NCBI GenBank assembly: GCA_000934665.2 | Contig: KZ538957.1 | Span: 1 to 38,623, forward strand | DNA: 38,623 nt | Reading direction: 5' to 3' | From: Catajapyx aquilonaris | Lineage: Eukaryota | Shown: positions 25,004 to 37,469 of the stretch, piece by piece | Layout: each line of letters starts with the position of its first letter | How positions within the stretch are numbered: the first letter of the stretch is position 1 | Position numbers and translations under genes: made by a program | The notes under the pieces: model-generated | The model's database searches: none | Told to the model about the DNA's origin: nothing | Seen by the model: only the letters and a program-made list of their open reading frames with translations

Positions 25004-25049
25004 TTTCAAACATTTCGGGGAGGAGCCCCCCCCCCTGCCTACGCCACTA
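25004..25049. mobile_element. Possible hAT-type MITE terminus
   Basis: TTCGGGGAGGAGCCCCCCCC..CTACGCCACTA, i.e. (T/C)AGTGGCGTAG on the minus strand. A similar end, CTGGCTACGGCCCTA, lies at ~25429-25443. Recognised by resemblance only. Confidence 0.3.
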
Positions 25050-26356
25050 CAATAATAGTTGCTGGCCAGAGTGTACTATCAGCTTTTCAGATCTTATTTA
25101 GCTCAGTTTCATTTTAAAATATAAATGTAATTTCTCTAACGTAAATTCTATTAAATCGTGCTAATTTGATTGAGTTCCTTTTGTGAGGACAGTAAATGTA
25201 AATTCTTAATTTGATTAGCTTTTGAATAATTGTGGATGATGAGATACATTGGCGCGGGGCCTTTATGGTCGGGTCGCCGTAACTCTGACACAGTGTACGT
25301 TTGGAAAATATCAATACTATTCAAATTTTTAAAAGATAGACAAATTTTTTCCGGGGTCCCAAATCTGCCCTCTAGGTATGATGTTTCAAATTATAATGAA
25401 ACCCGACCTCCCCCTCTTCCCACACTTTCTGGCTACGGCCCTAGCACACGATTTTCCACCCCCAACGCCTCTAGCCCTGTTTTCGCGGCTAAGCCCGGCT
25501 TTGTGGACATGTCCCAGTAAACAAATGGAGATAAAAATGAAAACGGGGCCTGGGCCGGTGTGAGGTAAATGGCTCCCTTTCCCTCTTCCCCTCCCCCTCC
25601 CCCAGTTTTTTGAGATTATACTGCGCAAGAATGGTGATGGCGGCTAGGCGTCCAGCGTCCTTTGTCCCACTTGAATTAAAAGCCTGCTTAATGAGCGGCT
25701 GGCCTCTTCCTGCACGTGCGGCAGGGAAGCCATATTGTCAGCCACGGAAAGCATCGAGAATAAAACGTGGGAGAGCCTGTGATTACGGCCTGCGATGACC
25801 AGAGATGGGGAGGAGGGAGGAGGGGAAGGGTCGGAAATGACTTTATGATGTGACAAACGCATGGAATGTGGCCCAGCCGTTTGGACGTAATGCAGGCAAA
25901 TGAGAGGAGGCAAATTGCCCCCAACCAGCAATATTTGATGTTATGGAGGTGGCAGCCCTGTTTACGCACGTGAAAACGGTGCTAACTGGGCTCGCACCTT
26001 TTTTTGTGGTGAGCCTCCCCATCCCTGCCTCTCCCCACCTCATACGTGACCCATCTTCTCAATTCTTACTGCGTGTTTTATTCAGGGCTCCAGGGGGACA
26101 ATGGACTGCACAGTTGTGGCCTCATCTCTTGGCCGCTGGGATAGAAGGGAATGAAATGGATGTTTGTTGTGAAGGACAATTTCATGAGAAGGGGCAACGG
26201 CTGGGGCAGTGATTTCGTCCATTTTGAGTAACGGCTACTGATGGTTCTGGCAAGACTATATGCGGAGCGAAAGGAATAAGGAGAAAAACTGTGATATTTC
26301 TTTGATCATGTCCTATATCTGCCAAACTTATCAGCATTTCAAATTTTTCCCCTATA

Positions 26357-26794
26357 CAGGGTGTTCGTGAACCGACCAGTCAGACCTGTACCCGTGGCTC
26401 CACTGACACCAGAGGATCATGTTATGTAGATGAGTCATTATGTCTGGGCAGCCTCATTACTGAGATAATTGCCTTCAAAGTACAAGTACAAATTGGTACG
26501 AAGTATCCTGGGAGGTATGGAAACCTTCAGCCCCGGAATCGTATCACGGGTGAAAATAGCAGCTTTTCCATTTGGCTACTAGCATGTCGCATGTGTACTG
26601 TATGTCGCATGTGATCTGGGACAATCTGTGACAATCTGTGACAATCACTCTTAGGCCCAATCGCTAAATCGCAAATGATCAATTATCTCAGTAATGAGGC
26701 TGCCCAGACATAATGACTCCTCTACATAACATGATCCTCTGGTGTCAATGGAGCCACGGGTACAGGTCTGACTGGTCGGTTCACGAACACCCTG
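26357..26794. mobile_element. Tc1/mariner-type MITE with 115 bp TIRs
   Basis: 26357-26471 is the reverse complement of 26680-26794 with 2 mismatches. Ends are TA|CAGGGTG..CACCCTG|TA. Confidence 0.92.
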
Positions 26795-29182
26795 TATAAT
26801 TGCTCACCGTGGGATAATGGTTGTTTAGAACCATGTTTCTTTTTGGCAAAGTAGCTCATATCATTCCAGAAAATAATGTACACGAGACAGCATATCGTTA
26901 AAATATATTTTCTTGGCTTGAAGTGCTTTGAACGTTTATATCAAAATTGCTTCCCTCGGAGGTTTTTGAGACACAAACGTGTAATCGGTCCGGTTACAAC
27001 CAAGACATCCTCTTTGGGAAGCCCGCAAGGGTAATCCAAATCTAATGTCTCTCAGATGTGCAAACACTTGTGCTGTAGTACCTCCCTGCCTCCTTCAAAA
27101 ATATAGAAAAAAAACTGTGCCACATCTGTCTGTTTGGAAATCGCGGCAATCATCCTGGTCTCTATTAGACGATTCTCCCAAGTTAGCAGATTGACGAGAG
27201 TTTGTCGCAAAATCTTGTAGGAGGCACTTGGGTAGGGTTGGCGTCAGCAGGCCGTTCCACCATCCCCCCTCACTTCTCCTCCTTCCTTCCTTCCATACTC
27301 CATTAGGCACCATCCCTCCACTTCGATAATGGCATCCGCAGCGTCTCCTAAGAGGCATCTCTTGCCCGGACGAATAGCCCCGGATGCCGACCGACCAACT
27401 TTAGTGTCAGACACGCGGCAAGATCTCGTCTCCTTCTGGAACACTTCCCAAAAAGAGACATTTATTGGCCAGTCTCACCCTGGGACGGACATCCCCGCCT
27501 CTCCCCCCACCCCTGCCTGATATTTTTCTGCTGGTGGCCCATTCAAGATGGGGAGGAGCTTGCTAACAGGGCTGCATCCCTGCAAAAGAAGAAAAAAAGA
27601 AACCCTCCTTTCATTTGCTGCAGCTGATGCCTGAGCTCAAACTGCATCTTCAGACGTCTCCTATCGCACTCGCAGCCCTCTTCTCTTCACATACCAATTC
27701 TTGGCAGATGCTGCACAGGATCACCCTTGTACGAGTAGATGGTCAACGTCACCATCTAGCTGGCCTATCTCAACATTTTGAAGTAGAGCCTACTTTCTAA
27801 GTCAGATGCTGCCCAGAGTGAGAATATTTTAGTAACAATGGCGACATGATTGTGGTTGTATGTCATATGTGTAATGATAATTGCCGATCCATTATGTATA
27901 ATTTTATTGTACTGGTTTCCCTGCAATTTAATTAACCTAATTTACCGAACTATGTCCGACTATGTAATTTTAAAATATTTTTCTTTTTATAAACAAATGG
28001 AGAACTAAACAATAACTAAAGTATAGCACATGTACGAGTGTCCTATACTATAAAGGACGCTACACATATCTTGGTTAAGCCCAGGGTCGTTTTTTGGACA
28101 TGAAAATTGTACCATATGGCACGTATGTATTAAACTCGCATTTGATCCGGTTTCGCCCTATATATACCTTGTACTGGCCTGAACTATAATAACGTCATTC
28201 TTACACGCATCTTTTCCAAATGCATAAATTTTATGGCAGGAACCATTTAATTCATTCCGAGTTGGGCCTTTTTTATTTCACGCAGGGCGTATTCCAGGCA
28301 GGTTCAGTTAAAGTTGTTACGGTCTTTATTAGGCATAAAAAGAAGAAATGCGTTAAATCTGGTGATTGAGCCATCAGCATACTGGCGCCCACCATTTACA
28401 ACTCGCACAACAGCTTGTAAAACCAGATTTTTTAATGCCTCCCCCTCTTTACGATCGCGTCATACTGTCCACATGATTAAAAGCAAAAAAAGGTGTACAA
28501 TTTCACCAACCTGCGACTTTTGTTTACACCTTGTTGCGAGCCAAAAATATTTGCAATTATGTGCGTTCAAATATGATTCGGTTGGCAGTATAACGTCATT
28601 TCAGTGGAGGTGGAAAAGTGAAGGAATTTTTTGGGAGGAAATTCCTTGATTCCGGGGTGGGGGACACGGGTAAGAGGGTGGGTGGTAGCATATTGGTGGA
28701 AATCTTGTTTACGGCGAGTGGGGAAGCGTCGTCCCTCGGTGACAAAATGGGGTCAACTGCTTTGCTTCTTTGCTCCAGTCAGGCCCTAGCTGCTCTCAAC
28801 TCGAGCTTTTCTTACACTCCTTCCCTTTACCACTCACAGGGAGACGAAAAACGATGTCGTGAATCCTGACCTCCCAACACCACTTTTTTTCACAATAGTC
28901 CAGGGGGGGGGGGGGGGAATTTTGGCAAAAANAAAATGTGCCTTCGATGCCTTTTTTTACCTGCAGTGTGGTTTCTATAGGTTTGATTTCTATAGACGTC
29001 TGTTTCTGTCACGTTCTTCCGCATAGATGTTTGATTGACGTCAAATAGTAATTTACATAAATAACAATAACTTGACATTTTTCGTCAACACTGAAAAGCG
29101 GCTGAGAGAAATTTTTACACCAATATTTGAGCTACCTCAAAAAATTTAATTGGTTAACAAATCAAAACACTAATTTAAAAAG

Positions 29183-29333
29183 AAATCGATAGAAAAATTT
29201 ATCAGTGAAATAAATTTATTGAATAAATCTATCAGTAAAAATTACAATTTTGAATAAAATTTCCAGTAAAAATAAATTTATTGAGCAAGTTTATCGGTAA
29301 AAATTAATTCAGCGAATATATTTACCAGGAAAT
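29183..29333. repeat. Degenerate AT-rich ~30 bp minisatellite
   Basis: About five units resembling AAATTTATTGAATAAATTTATCAGTAAAAAT. Confidence 0.7.
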
Positions 29334-30080
29334 ATTGTACAATTCAATGTGTGAGCCTAAAAAGTTTGTATTGCAGCCACTTAAAGGTCCTCAGGTGTTA
29401 AAAATAGTTCATCCAGTTACGGATAAATTACTACCGTGTTGAAGTTACGTGCCGAATCTTAGAGTTTCATCATGACAAAACGTTGAGCGCAAAAAAACGG
29501 TTCCCAACAAAAAAGTTTCTTGATTCGACGGAAATCGAGAGAAATTCTCTCTCTCTCCTTGGTCCTACGCCACACGCGCAAATCCGTACTTTTTCTGTGG
29601 AAGCGGGCGGTCACGTAATTCAATTATGTCTTGTTTGTTTCGGTTTCCGTTTCCAGAAAGTGATTCTTCCGATGAGTTGCTCAATTATCGATCTTTCTGC
29701 AGCTGTCATTTGCGACGTCTCCCTCTTGAGCAAACAACACGCAAAGCTAAGTCCCCCCATTCCACCCCCCTCAGTTTTTTTTGGTAATGTTTGCGTTTCC
29801 AAAGTCTGTATACACCAGACCCGCGAAAAGGGTGTGGTCGTAGATCGAAATGCATCACAGGTTGATACAACTAACTTTGAGTGATAGGCCAACATTTTTT
29901 TTTTGTATCTAACTTAAGTTGGCTTCGATTTTGTTGTCTTAGTTCCTTCTGCGACGACGCCTTGATTACCTTTCAGCAACCGTGGAATTGAAGGCAGGAC
30001 GAGGTGAAGGAAAGTGGTATCAAGGAACGGTACCTTTTTTTCTTCTTTCTTCCTGTTTCTTCTCTCCCCCACCCCCCTCC

Positions 30081-30102
30081 CTTCTTCTTCTTCTTCTTCT
30101 TC
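30081..30102. repeat. (CTT)7 microsatellite in a polypyrimidine tract
   Basis: CTTCTTCTTCTTCTTCTTCTTC. Confidence 0.9.
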
Positions 30103-31005
30103 CCCTAAATCGTTCAATAAGGTTACACAAACACGATTCCGGGTTTAAGGCAGGTGGAGGTGAATCGAGGACGACGGGAAAAGGTTGTTTGATACAATTG
30201 TGGGCGAATGTATGTGGGATTCTTTTCGGTCCTTTTGCCACATTCGATTTAGGTTTTCGGGCCCCTAAAATGGACGGGGGATGAATAGGATCATTTCTTC
30301 TTCTGCGCACTTGTTTACGTACAGACTTTTGCGAAAGTTTCGAGGGCTGCCAAAGCCACCTGCACATTATATCTAGGACGAGGATATTTGGAATCGTCTC
30401 TGCGTTTGTTAGTTATCCAATTGTAATGCAGGATGTAAATGAAATCCAAGTGGGAGGTAACAGCTTGTGGAATGATGTTAGCTTTGTTTAATTATGGGGC
30501 AGGCTCTATTTTGTGGCAGTCCAAAAAGTATATACCAAAATTCGCTGTATTGAATTGGGTTATTATCCCACAAAAGTAACTCGGGCCTGCTGCTTCAAAC
30601 AAAAAGTTAAAAGTGGATAACAGAAAGCACTTCTGCATTTAAGAATGTAGTGTGGATAAAACGATTCGTTAAGCCCATTTAGTCCTATCATACTACTAAT
30701 TCCCTTATTCTGTCTGTCTGATTATATGACGTGTTGACTCATCGCCTATAGGTAGTAGTCACCATACTTTTCACTTTTCTAGCAACAATTAGAGGACATA
30801 ATTTATAGCTGTCAGAGAGGGTGGGACCCACTACCAAGGAGGCGAGACACGTGCTGGTTATGTGGGTTATAGCACCTTGGAGGGATTTATCCGCGCGGTG
30901 ACTCATCACCAATGTGCATGTAGTACTACTTTTCCCCTAAGCAGGGCAGCAGTGTGCAGAGTGAGATCTTATGCGCCAATGGGACCTATGTACTGGACTT
31001 CCTGC

Positions 31006-31058
31006 GGGGGGGGGGGGGGGGGGGGGGAGGGNNNNNNNNNNNNNNNGGGGGGGGGGGG
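31006..31058 (+). other. Poly-G tract spanning an assembly gap
   Basis: G runs flank an N run at 31032-31046. Confidence 0.9.
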
Positions 31059-32915
31059 CAAGCAGTTTTGCCAAACCTTGGAAACGAGTCCGCTACTAGT
31101 AGATTCATAATGAGATAGCAATCCAGGATTTTTTTTGAATAGATGACAGAAGTTGTTCCACATTTTTTCCATCAATATGTAATCAAATGTGTATTACGTG
31201 ATATCTAAAAGTCCGCATATGAAATGGACAAGAGCATGGCACATAGGCTTACATCTCATTATAATCACTCCTTTCAGTTGAGGTATGCACGCTACTGGTG
31301 TTCCAGATGAAACTTTCATGTTGGCTGCCCCATTTTTGGCAACACCGTCAGCCCCACAAAACCCCCAGAAAGCTGGTGCACCCCCTCGCCTGCCGCATAC
31401 GCTTCACGATAATAACACGAATCACGAACTGGATTAGATGAGGGCATTTATAAGCATTATTTCATTACTGATTACGGAAGCAGCACGATAGAAGGCACCT
31501 CCGGGTGCCCTCAGCCGCCAATGATATTTCGGGACGATATCAAAACCAACTCCACCGCAAAGAGCCCACAGGGACGCCCTCCACGACCCTCTTTTTTCGC
31601 AACTGACGCTAATCCTTGATCAGGACATACCACCCCCTCGTCTCTTGGTAGCAAAAAAAAACACCCATTCTTGGCTCGGCTCACTTACATCTTTTAAGTG
31701 GCAAATTGGGAACCATCGCGAAGATTTGGGCACACCCGTCCGGAATGGGAATGATTGCATTTGGCTTCGATGTTTCCATGGAAGTGTCAGTGTCAGTGGT
31801 GCGGGAGCGTCGCCGACAAGGGTAAGAGATGAGCGGCATTCTGTCGGCCATAAGGACAGCGCAGCTCGCTCGCTTATGGTGCCTTAAAGTAGGCCAAATG
31901 CGCCAGGAAATTGTTGCTTGCGACAAGATGGCGCTGGATTGCCATTGCTTACCTGACATCTTTTGGCGATATTCGTGCAGGATGCGAGACCTCTTTTTTC
32001 TCTCAAGGAGAATGCATGGAAATCTGCGACCACGGCTGGGAATATATTGTGTGCACAAAGATGGCCGGCTGGCTACAGTTGCCTCATTTTGACCAATCGG
32101 GTGCTGAAGGAGATGAGGATGCATGCGATGTTGCCATTTTTGTCATATTTTATTTTGTCGATATTTTCGCCCAAATATTTATTCAAATGATTTTCCGGCT
32201 ATACAAATAGCAAACTTTACCTCAGATATCAGCCACAGTGGTTGGAAATAGGACCCTTCGCATGCAAATCTCACAGCGCTTTCGGTTCAATCCCCTTAAT
32301 TCGGGATTAGGATTCTGTAGCACGTTGAGAGTTGTCTCGCAGGGGAGAAAAAACTGTAGAATGGAGAACTGAAGTACGCACGGTTTCTTACCGCTTCTTC
32401 TTCCTCCTGCCGTGGTAATAAGATTACTCCTCCTTAGCAACCGAGTACATGAGCGGCACAGCAAAAAAAAAAAAAACTACTCTCTGATTTAACTCCCCTG
32501 GATCACCCGCAGACTTTAAAGCAATTCCGTTCCTTTCCCATATCCCTTAATAAAAAAGAATTGAGTCATTTTTTGGGTTCTTATTACCCACAGGTTTTGT
32601 AACCAAAAATTTCAGTGCCTGCTCCAGGTGTGAAATATTCAACTGCCTCGTATGTGCGTGATAAAAAAATGGCGACATAACCTTGAGCGAGGATTGAGTT
32701 CAGCTACCATTAAACGGGAAACTTAATCCTTCTGTGGTGCTAAGCTTGGCACTTTGCCGTCTAAAAAAAAAAGTGGACGCGTTTATTCTCGCGGGGTCGT
32801 AAAAAGCGTGTCGGTGGTAGATTATTACCTGAATATTGGCCCGAAGACATGAATATCGGTCTTAGCTGTCATGGCGACCGACATTTTCGGCAGAAACGAG
32901 GCAATCTAGCAAACC

Positions 32916-33011
32916 TGTGACATGGATAGATGGAGTGGCAGTTAAGGTGAGGAAAAAGGTGACGCTAGATGGCAGTTAGGTGGGGGGAAATTGTGACACT
33001 AGATGGCAGTA
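32916..33011 (+). repeat. Three degenerate tandem GTGAC..TAGATGGCAGT units (CTCF-like)
   Basis: GTGACGCTAGATGGCAGT (~32959), GTGACACTAGATGGCAGT (~32993) and an interrupted copy at 32916-32944. Confidence 0.7.
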
Positions 33012-35872
33012 AATATATGGGGGCTCAAGGTCGCCTAATTGTACTAACATATTAAGATGAATGGTATATATATATATATTTTAAAAACACAAATTTTTTG
33101 TGTGAAAGACAGACTTCAATCTAGGAGGCAAATCCCAAGGCTTGTTCCTGCTCCGGGATATATTCGACATGAAACTCGCTTTTATGTTGCAAGACGGGGA
33201 AAGTGTGGGTGGGAAAGGAAGGGTGGGGGTGGAAGGCAGTCTCCGGTACTTTCTATTTGCTCGTTGCCTCCGTTTGAATGACATTTATACGGCAGGGAAA
33301 GGAAATGCCAAGCTGCATTTCCGCAAATGGAAGAGGTGGAGTCCTCCTAAATGATGCAAAAGCGTGCCTTTTCCGCTTATGCTTCTCGCCTATTTTTTTA
33401 TTCTCTCCCTGTGCTCACCTCTCGATGACACAAAAGGTATAACTTCAGGTCACATCACTGATCAATTAGTAAATAACACTATCCAGAAATATTATCAATT
33501 AATGTTATTAACCCAGCTATTCGTGATTTTTTGTCAATTTTTTCAATAATTTTCATTTTTAGTAGGCATATATGGGTTAAATATTATCTGAAAATTTGTA
33601 CCACTTTCATAATATCATACAAGTACTACAAATTCACGACTAGATAAAAATGATATGCTAATTGCGTCCGGGTTACGTGATTCACCTAAATTAGTCCATG
33701 CAATATTCCAATGGCCATTTTGCTTGAAATAGGTTCTGAATTTATTGGGTCGAATCAGATGAATGAATATCACCGAGTTGAAGAAGGGAGCTTTTCAACC
33801 CTTTGGGGTCACACTTTTTTATATATATATCCACTGCCCCTCACCCCCACCTCAACAGAAAAGGGAGTGTGGGAGAATGAACTGTTATTGCGCCAAAGAC
33901 AAATTGTGGGAAAGGACACCGATGGAAAAGTTCTTTTGAGCGAGGCTAAAGCGAGAGAAAAAGAAGGTAGAGAGAGGGAGAGGGAGGGGGTAGAAAGAAA
34001 GAGAAAGAAGGAAAAAAAACTTAATTTCGAGGCACAAGGTTGAAGTTCCTCCGTCTGCCCATTTAAACTGATCGATAATGATCACATCTCAGAAATAACG
34101 ATGTCATAACGTTCCCAGCGGTCATGCAGCTCCTCTGAATTGTTTTCAGTTGAAAGAGAGGGAATTGGGTGAGGAGAATGGACCGCAAATGTTTGCACGT
34201 TTGTAAAGCAGCGCAAAAAAAATATAATCCGTGTCGCGTGACAGGCGTTGAGGTGACATATGATTGTGATGCGATGCCACTGCTGCATACCTCAATTTTC
34301 GATGCATTTGGGAGGGTGGGTGGGGCTGTCCTACACGTGCGGGGTGTCGCAAATCACTTGCCAGCGGTTTAGGGATTTAATTCAGTGTCGAGCTGCGCGG
34401 GCTACCAACATGCCATCCCTCGGGTTGTCAAATTTTTAGTGCAAGTGGTGTTGGACGTGTGAAATTTTAAATATGTTCGCAAGTGAGTAAATAGGTGTGG
34501 GTTAGAATGATGGTTTACGAAACGTGACATGTGGAAACACAATATTTTCATGGTGCATTTATTAGTGCCGGCTTGTTCCCGAGGATAGTAATTACTCGTG
34601 CATTGTTGAATGGTCCGAAACATTGTTAATAACGAAAATGACTAGCCAAATCAGCCGGGTCACTTATCGGCGGTTAATCATATTAATTTATGAATGTTTA
34701 AAGTATGTAGTGTATGGATTTATTCGTACTTTGTGGCGCGATGTTCAACTCGGCATCATTCAGTACTGGAAACATTTTTAGGGATATTATTCGAGTTTCC
34801 TGTTTTATGAAACAAAAATTAACTTGCACAGTGGACATACTGGACAATCAAGAGAAGAAGGAAATTCTTTCCGCAGTCCATGTATGAAATTCTCCCGGTT
34901 GTTTTAAGTCAAGTATAACATGTAGACTGTAACTGGCAAGAGAAACCAGTCTTGATCGACGCCACAGTAGGATTCTGGACTAACAGTGCAAAATTCAAAA
35001 TTATTGTTCAAAAAACAATGGAGCCTATTACAATTTTCTATAGGCATTATTGCTTTAAAAACTGCAAATTTCTTGAGAGAAAATAGCCCTCTATTACTAC
35101 TTGCAATATTCTTTCACGATTAGCGTCACATTACGCAATTTGATCCCGATGATAAAGGTTTAGCATTGGCATAAACGTCCTTATTTATGAATCAAAATAA
35201 ATATGACGCCATCTTTGGCACGACTCCACCGCAAGAGGCGCTGTTAAAGAACTCCATCTTTGACACTGAACTTGTAGGCCATATTTGCCATACATCATGA
35301 TGACATGAGCTTGCAATAGTACTCTACAGTTGTGTAATTCGTGCCAAGGGGAGTTCCCGAGCGAGCGTCCCCATCGGCAGCAGCACGGCCTGAATCCGGC
35401 GGCCTTTTTCCAGGCCCTCGGCGCCGAAAAGAGAGACGAAGAAGAAGAGAGGGGCCTCATCCCAGCCGGCAACTCTACCAAGTATCTCGTTAGCTTTATC
35501 CACATAATAGCCTACCTGCTGCGCTATCAGAGACTCCCTGAAGCAGTTTCCGGCTGTAAATCCGGAGGAAATAGCTGAAGCCCGAAAGACGGTGGGGAGC
35601 TGAGCCTTCCGGTATATGCCAAATTGCCAGCAACACAACTAACGCGCCTTCTTACGACCCTTTTCCTTGTCAGAAAGTGCGCCGGATTTAGTTACCCGGG
35701 CTCACTGCCTTAATAGGCTGCCCGGATAAATGCTGCACGTGCGGACTTGCTTCCTCCGCCTTATCTCCAATCCCCAGTTGACTCTCGATGCCCATTGTTG
35801 TGACCTACTGACAGACTTATCGCCGTCTGTTCCTGTTGTCTGCCCGTGCAGGGTGATTCGACAATTGCCAGG

Positions 35873-36014
35873 TATATGAATGGAGAACAGGAGCACACCA
35901 TGGTTCTCCCTTGTATGTCCAACTGAGTATGCGCAAAAGGCACATCATACATGTGCGACTGCGTCGGTAAGACATACAAGCAGCAAGATGGCCACCATAG
36001 TGTCCCATACATGT
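35873..36014. repeat. Degenerate inverted repeat, probable old MITE
   Basis: CTTGTATGTC (35910-35919) / GACATACAAG (35971-35980), with weaker symmetry on both sides. Confidence 0.4.
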
Positions 36015-37228
36015 CAACAAAAGAGTTTCTAGTAAACGTGTAGGTCACTACATTACCATCATCATTATTCTGATAATTAGGGCCCGCCGAGGCGCAGGGT
36101 ACGTTTGCCCGAAACATTTTTGGTAGATACTCTTATGGCTTGAATTGCATAACATCTTGTATAGCTGTAACGTTCGAAATTGAAGAACAAATTGTCATTA
36201 ACCTTGTAATGTCCCCTGCTCTTTAGAGTCAAATGTGTTCACACTCGAGACATGTCTTTTTCATGGCTTATAGATGTCCCTTTAAAATAAAGGTTGACAC
36301 TTTATCCTCTGATGGCGCCTCCATACTCCAAGCTCTTTCTCCTTCACGGCCTGCAAAAAATGGTTATTGAAAAGTGGGAAAAAAGAAATCCGGCAGGATC
36401 TTGGGCCGATAAACCGCGCAGAACTTGAAGGGCCGTAAGTCATCAAAGTTTCAGTCTCACGGCTCAAAACAAGCTTCAGGTATAATGCTGAATGATTTAG
36501 ATTCCATGCGCAGGGAAGGAAGTGTGCCCTCCCCAACTTCCAGGCTTTATTGCATATGAAATATTGATGGTCGGAAAGGGAATATCCATGTTTCCACCCA
36601 ACCCGTCTTTCAAAAAAAAAAGATATTTTTTTACCTCTCGCATATCGAAGTTCAGTAATATTTACCGAGCGTAACAAAAGTCACGCATATTCGTGTCCAG
36701 CCGGTAAAGTTTACGCAACTTGACACCACCTTTTGATTTAATTTCGCCTAGTTCTATTCAGGAAGGATTCTTGTACACGAGGCATGTCAAAACCCAATAT
36801 ACCGCATGTTTGTTATATTATAATAATATATTAATTTTCTAAAGAAGTGAAACCAACAAATGTGGGTTGGAGAATATATTAGTGTCTTATTATTATTTTC
36901 ATGCGAGCAAGAGACAGTATGTACGTATTGCGTTTGCTTCATGCGTCTGGCTCAGGTTCGTCCAGCCGTGCTATTACAAGCGAACTAAACGAAGCGTGAT
37001 TATGTCGTACCCAATTCCGACTTACCAGAGTGTTTGCAAGACTCTGACGTCACTATACATTTCGCTAATGGAACTACTGATCAACCCCGAGCCCATAAAA
37101 GCAAATTGAAACTCGCACCTCACGCCGCCACCATACTATCTTTCATAGTATGGCCAATTCAGACCAGAAAAATCGGGAGATTAATGAGAAAAAAATACGA
37201 TATTTGCCATTAATAAAACTTGACATAT

Positions 37229-37469
37229 TGTAAGGTCACCCATGCTGAGGCACCATTGTTAGATCTGACTAGGTCATCACACCAGACCCCGAGGGGTCAC
37301 CGCAGGATCGTTGTCCAATAATACACAGGTTGCCAATAATCTATTTATTAGACCCAACTTCGCTCGAGGCTGCCTTACGACTAGTTCACAATGTATGAAC
37401 CCTCCCTCCATGTCTACCCCCTCACCCCCCTTCCCCCCGCATCTCCGCCATCTCTTGACAAACGTGCCA
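37229..37469 (-). mobile_element. Family A repeat, copy 4 (more diverged)
   Basis: TGTAAGGTCACCCATGCTG..AGATCTGACTAGGTCATCAC..CAGGATCGTTGTCCAATAATACACAGGTT..TTTATTAGAC..GCCATCT aligns with copies 1 and 3. Confidence 0.75.
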
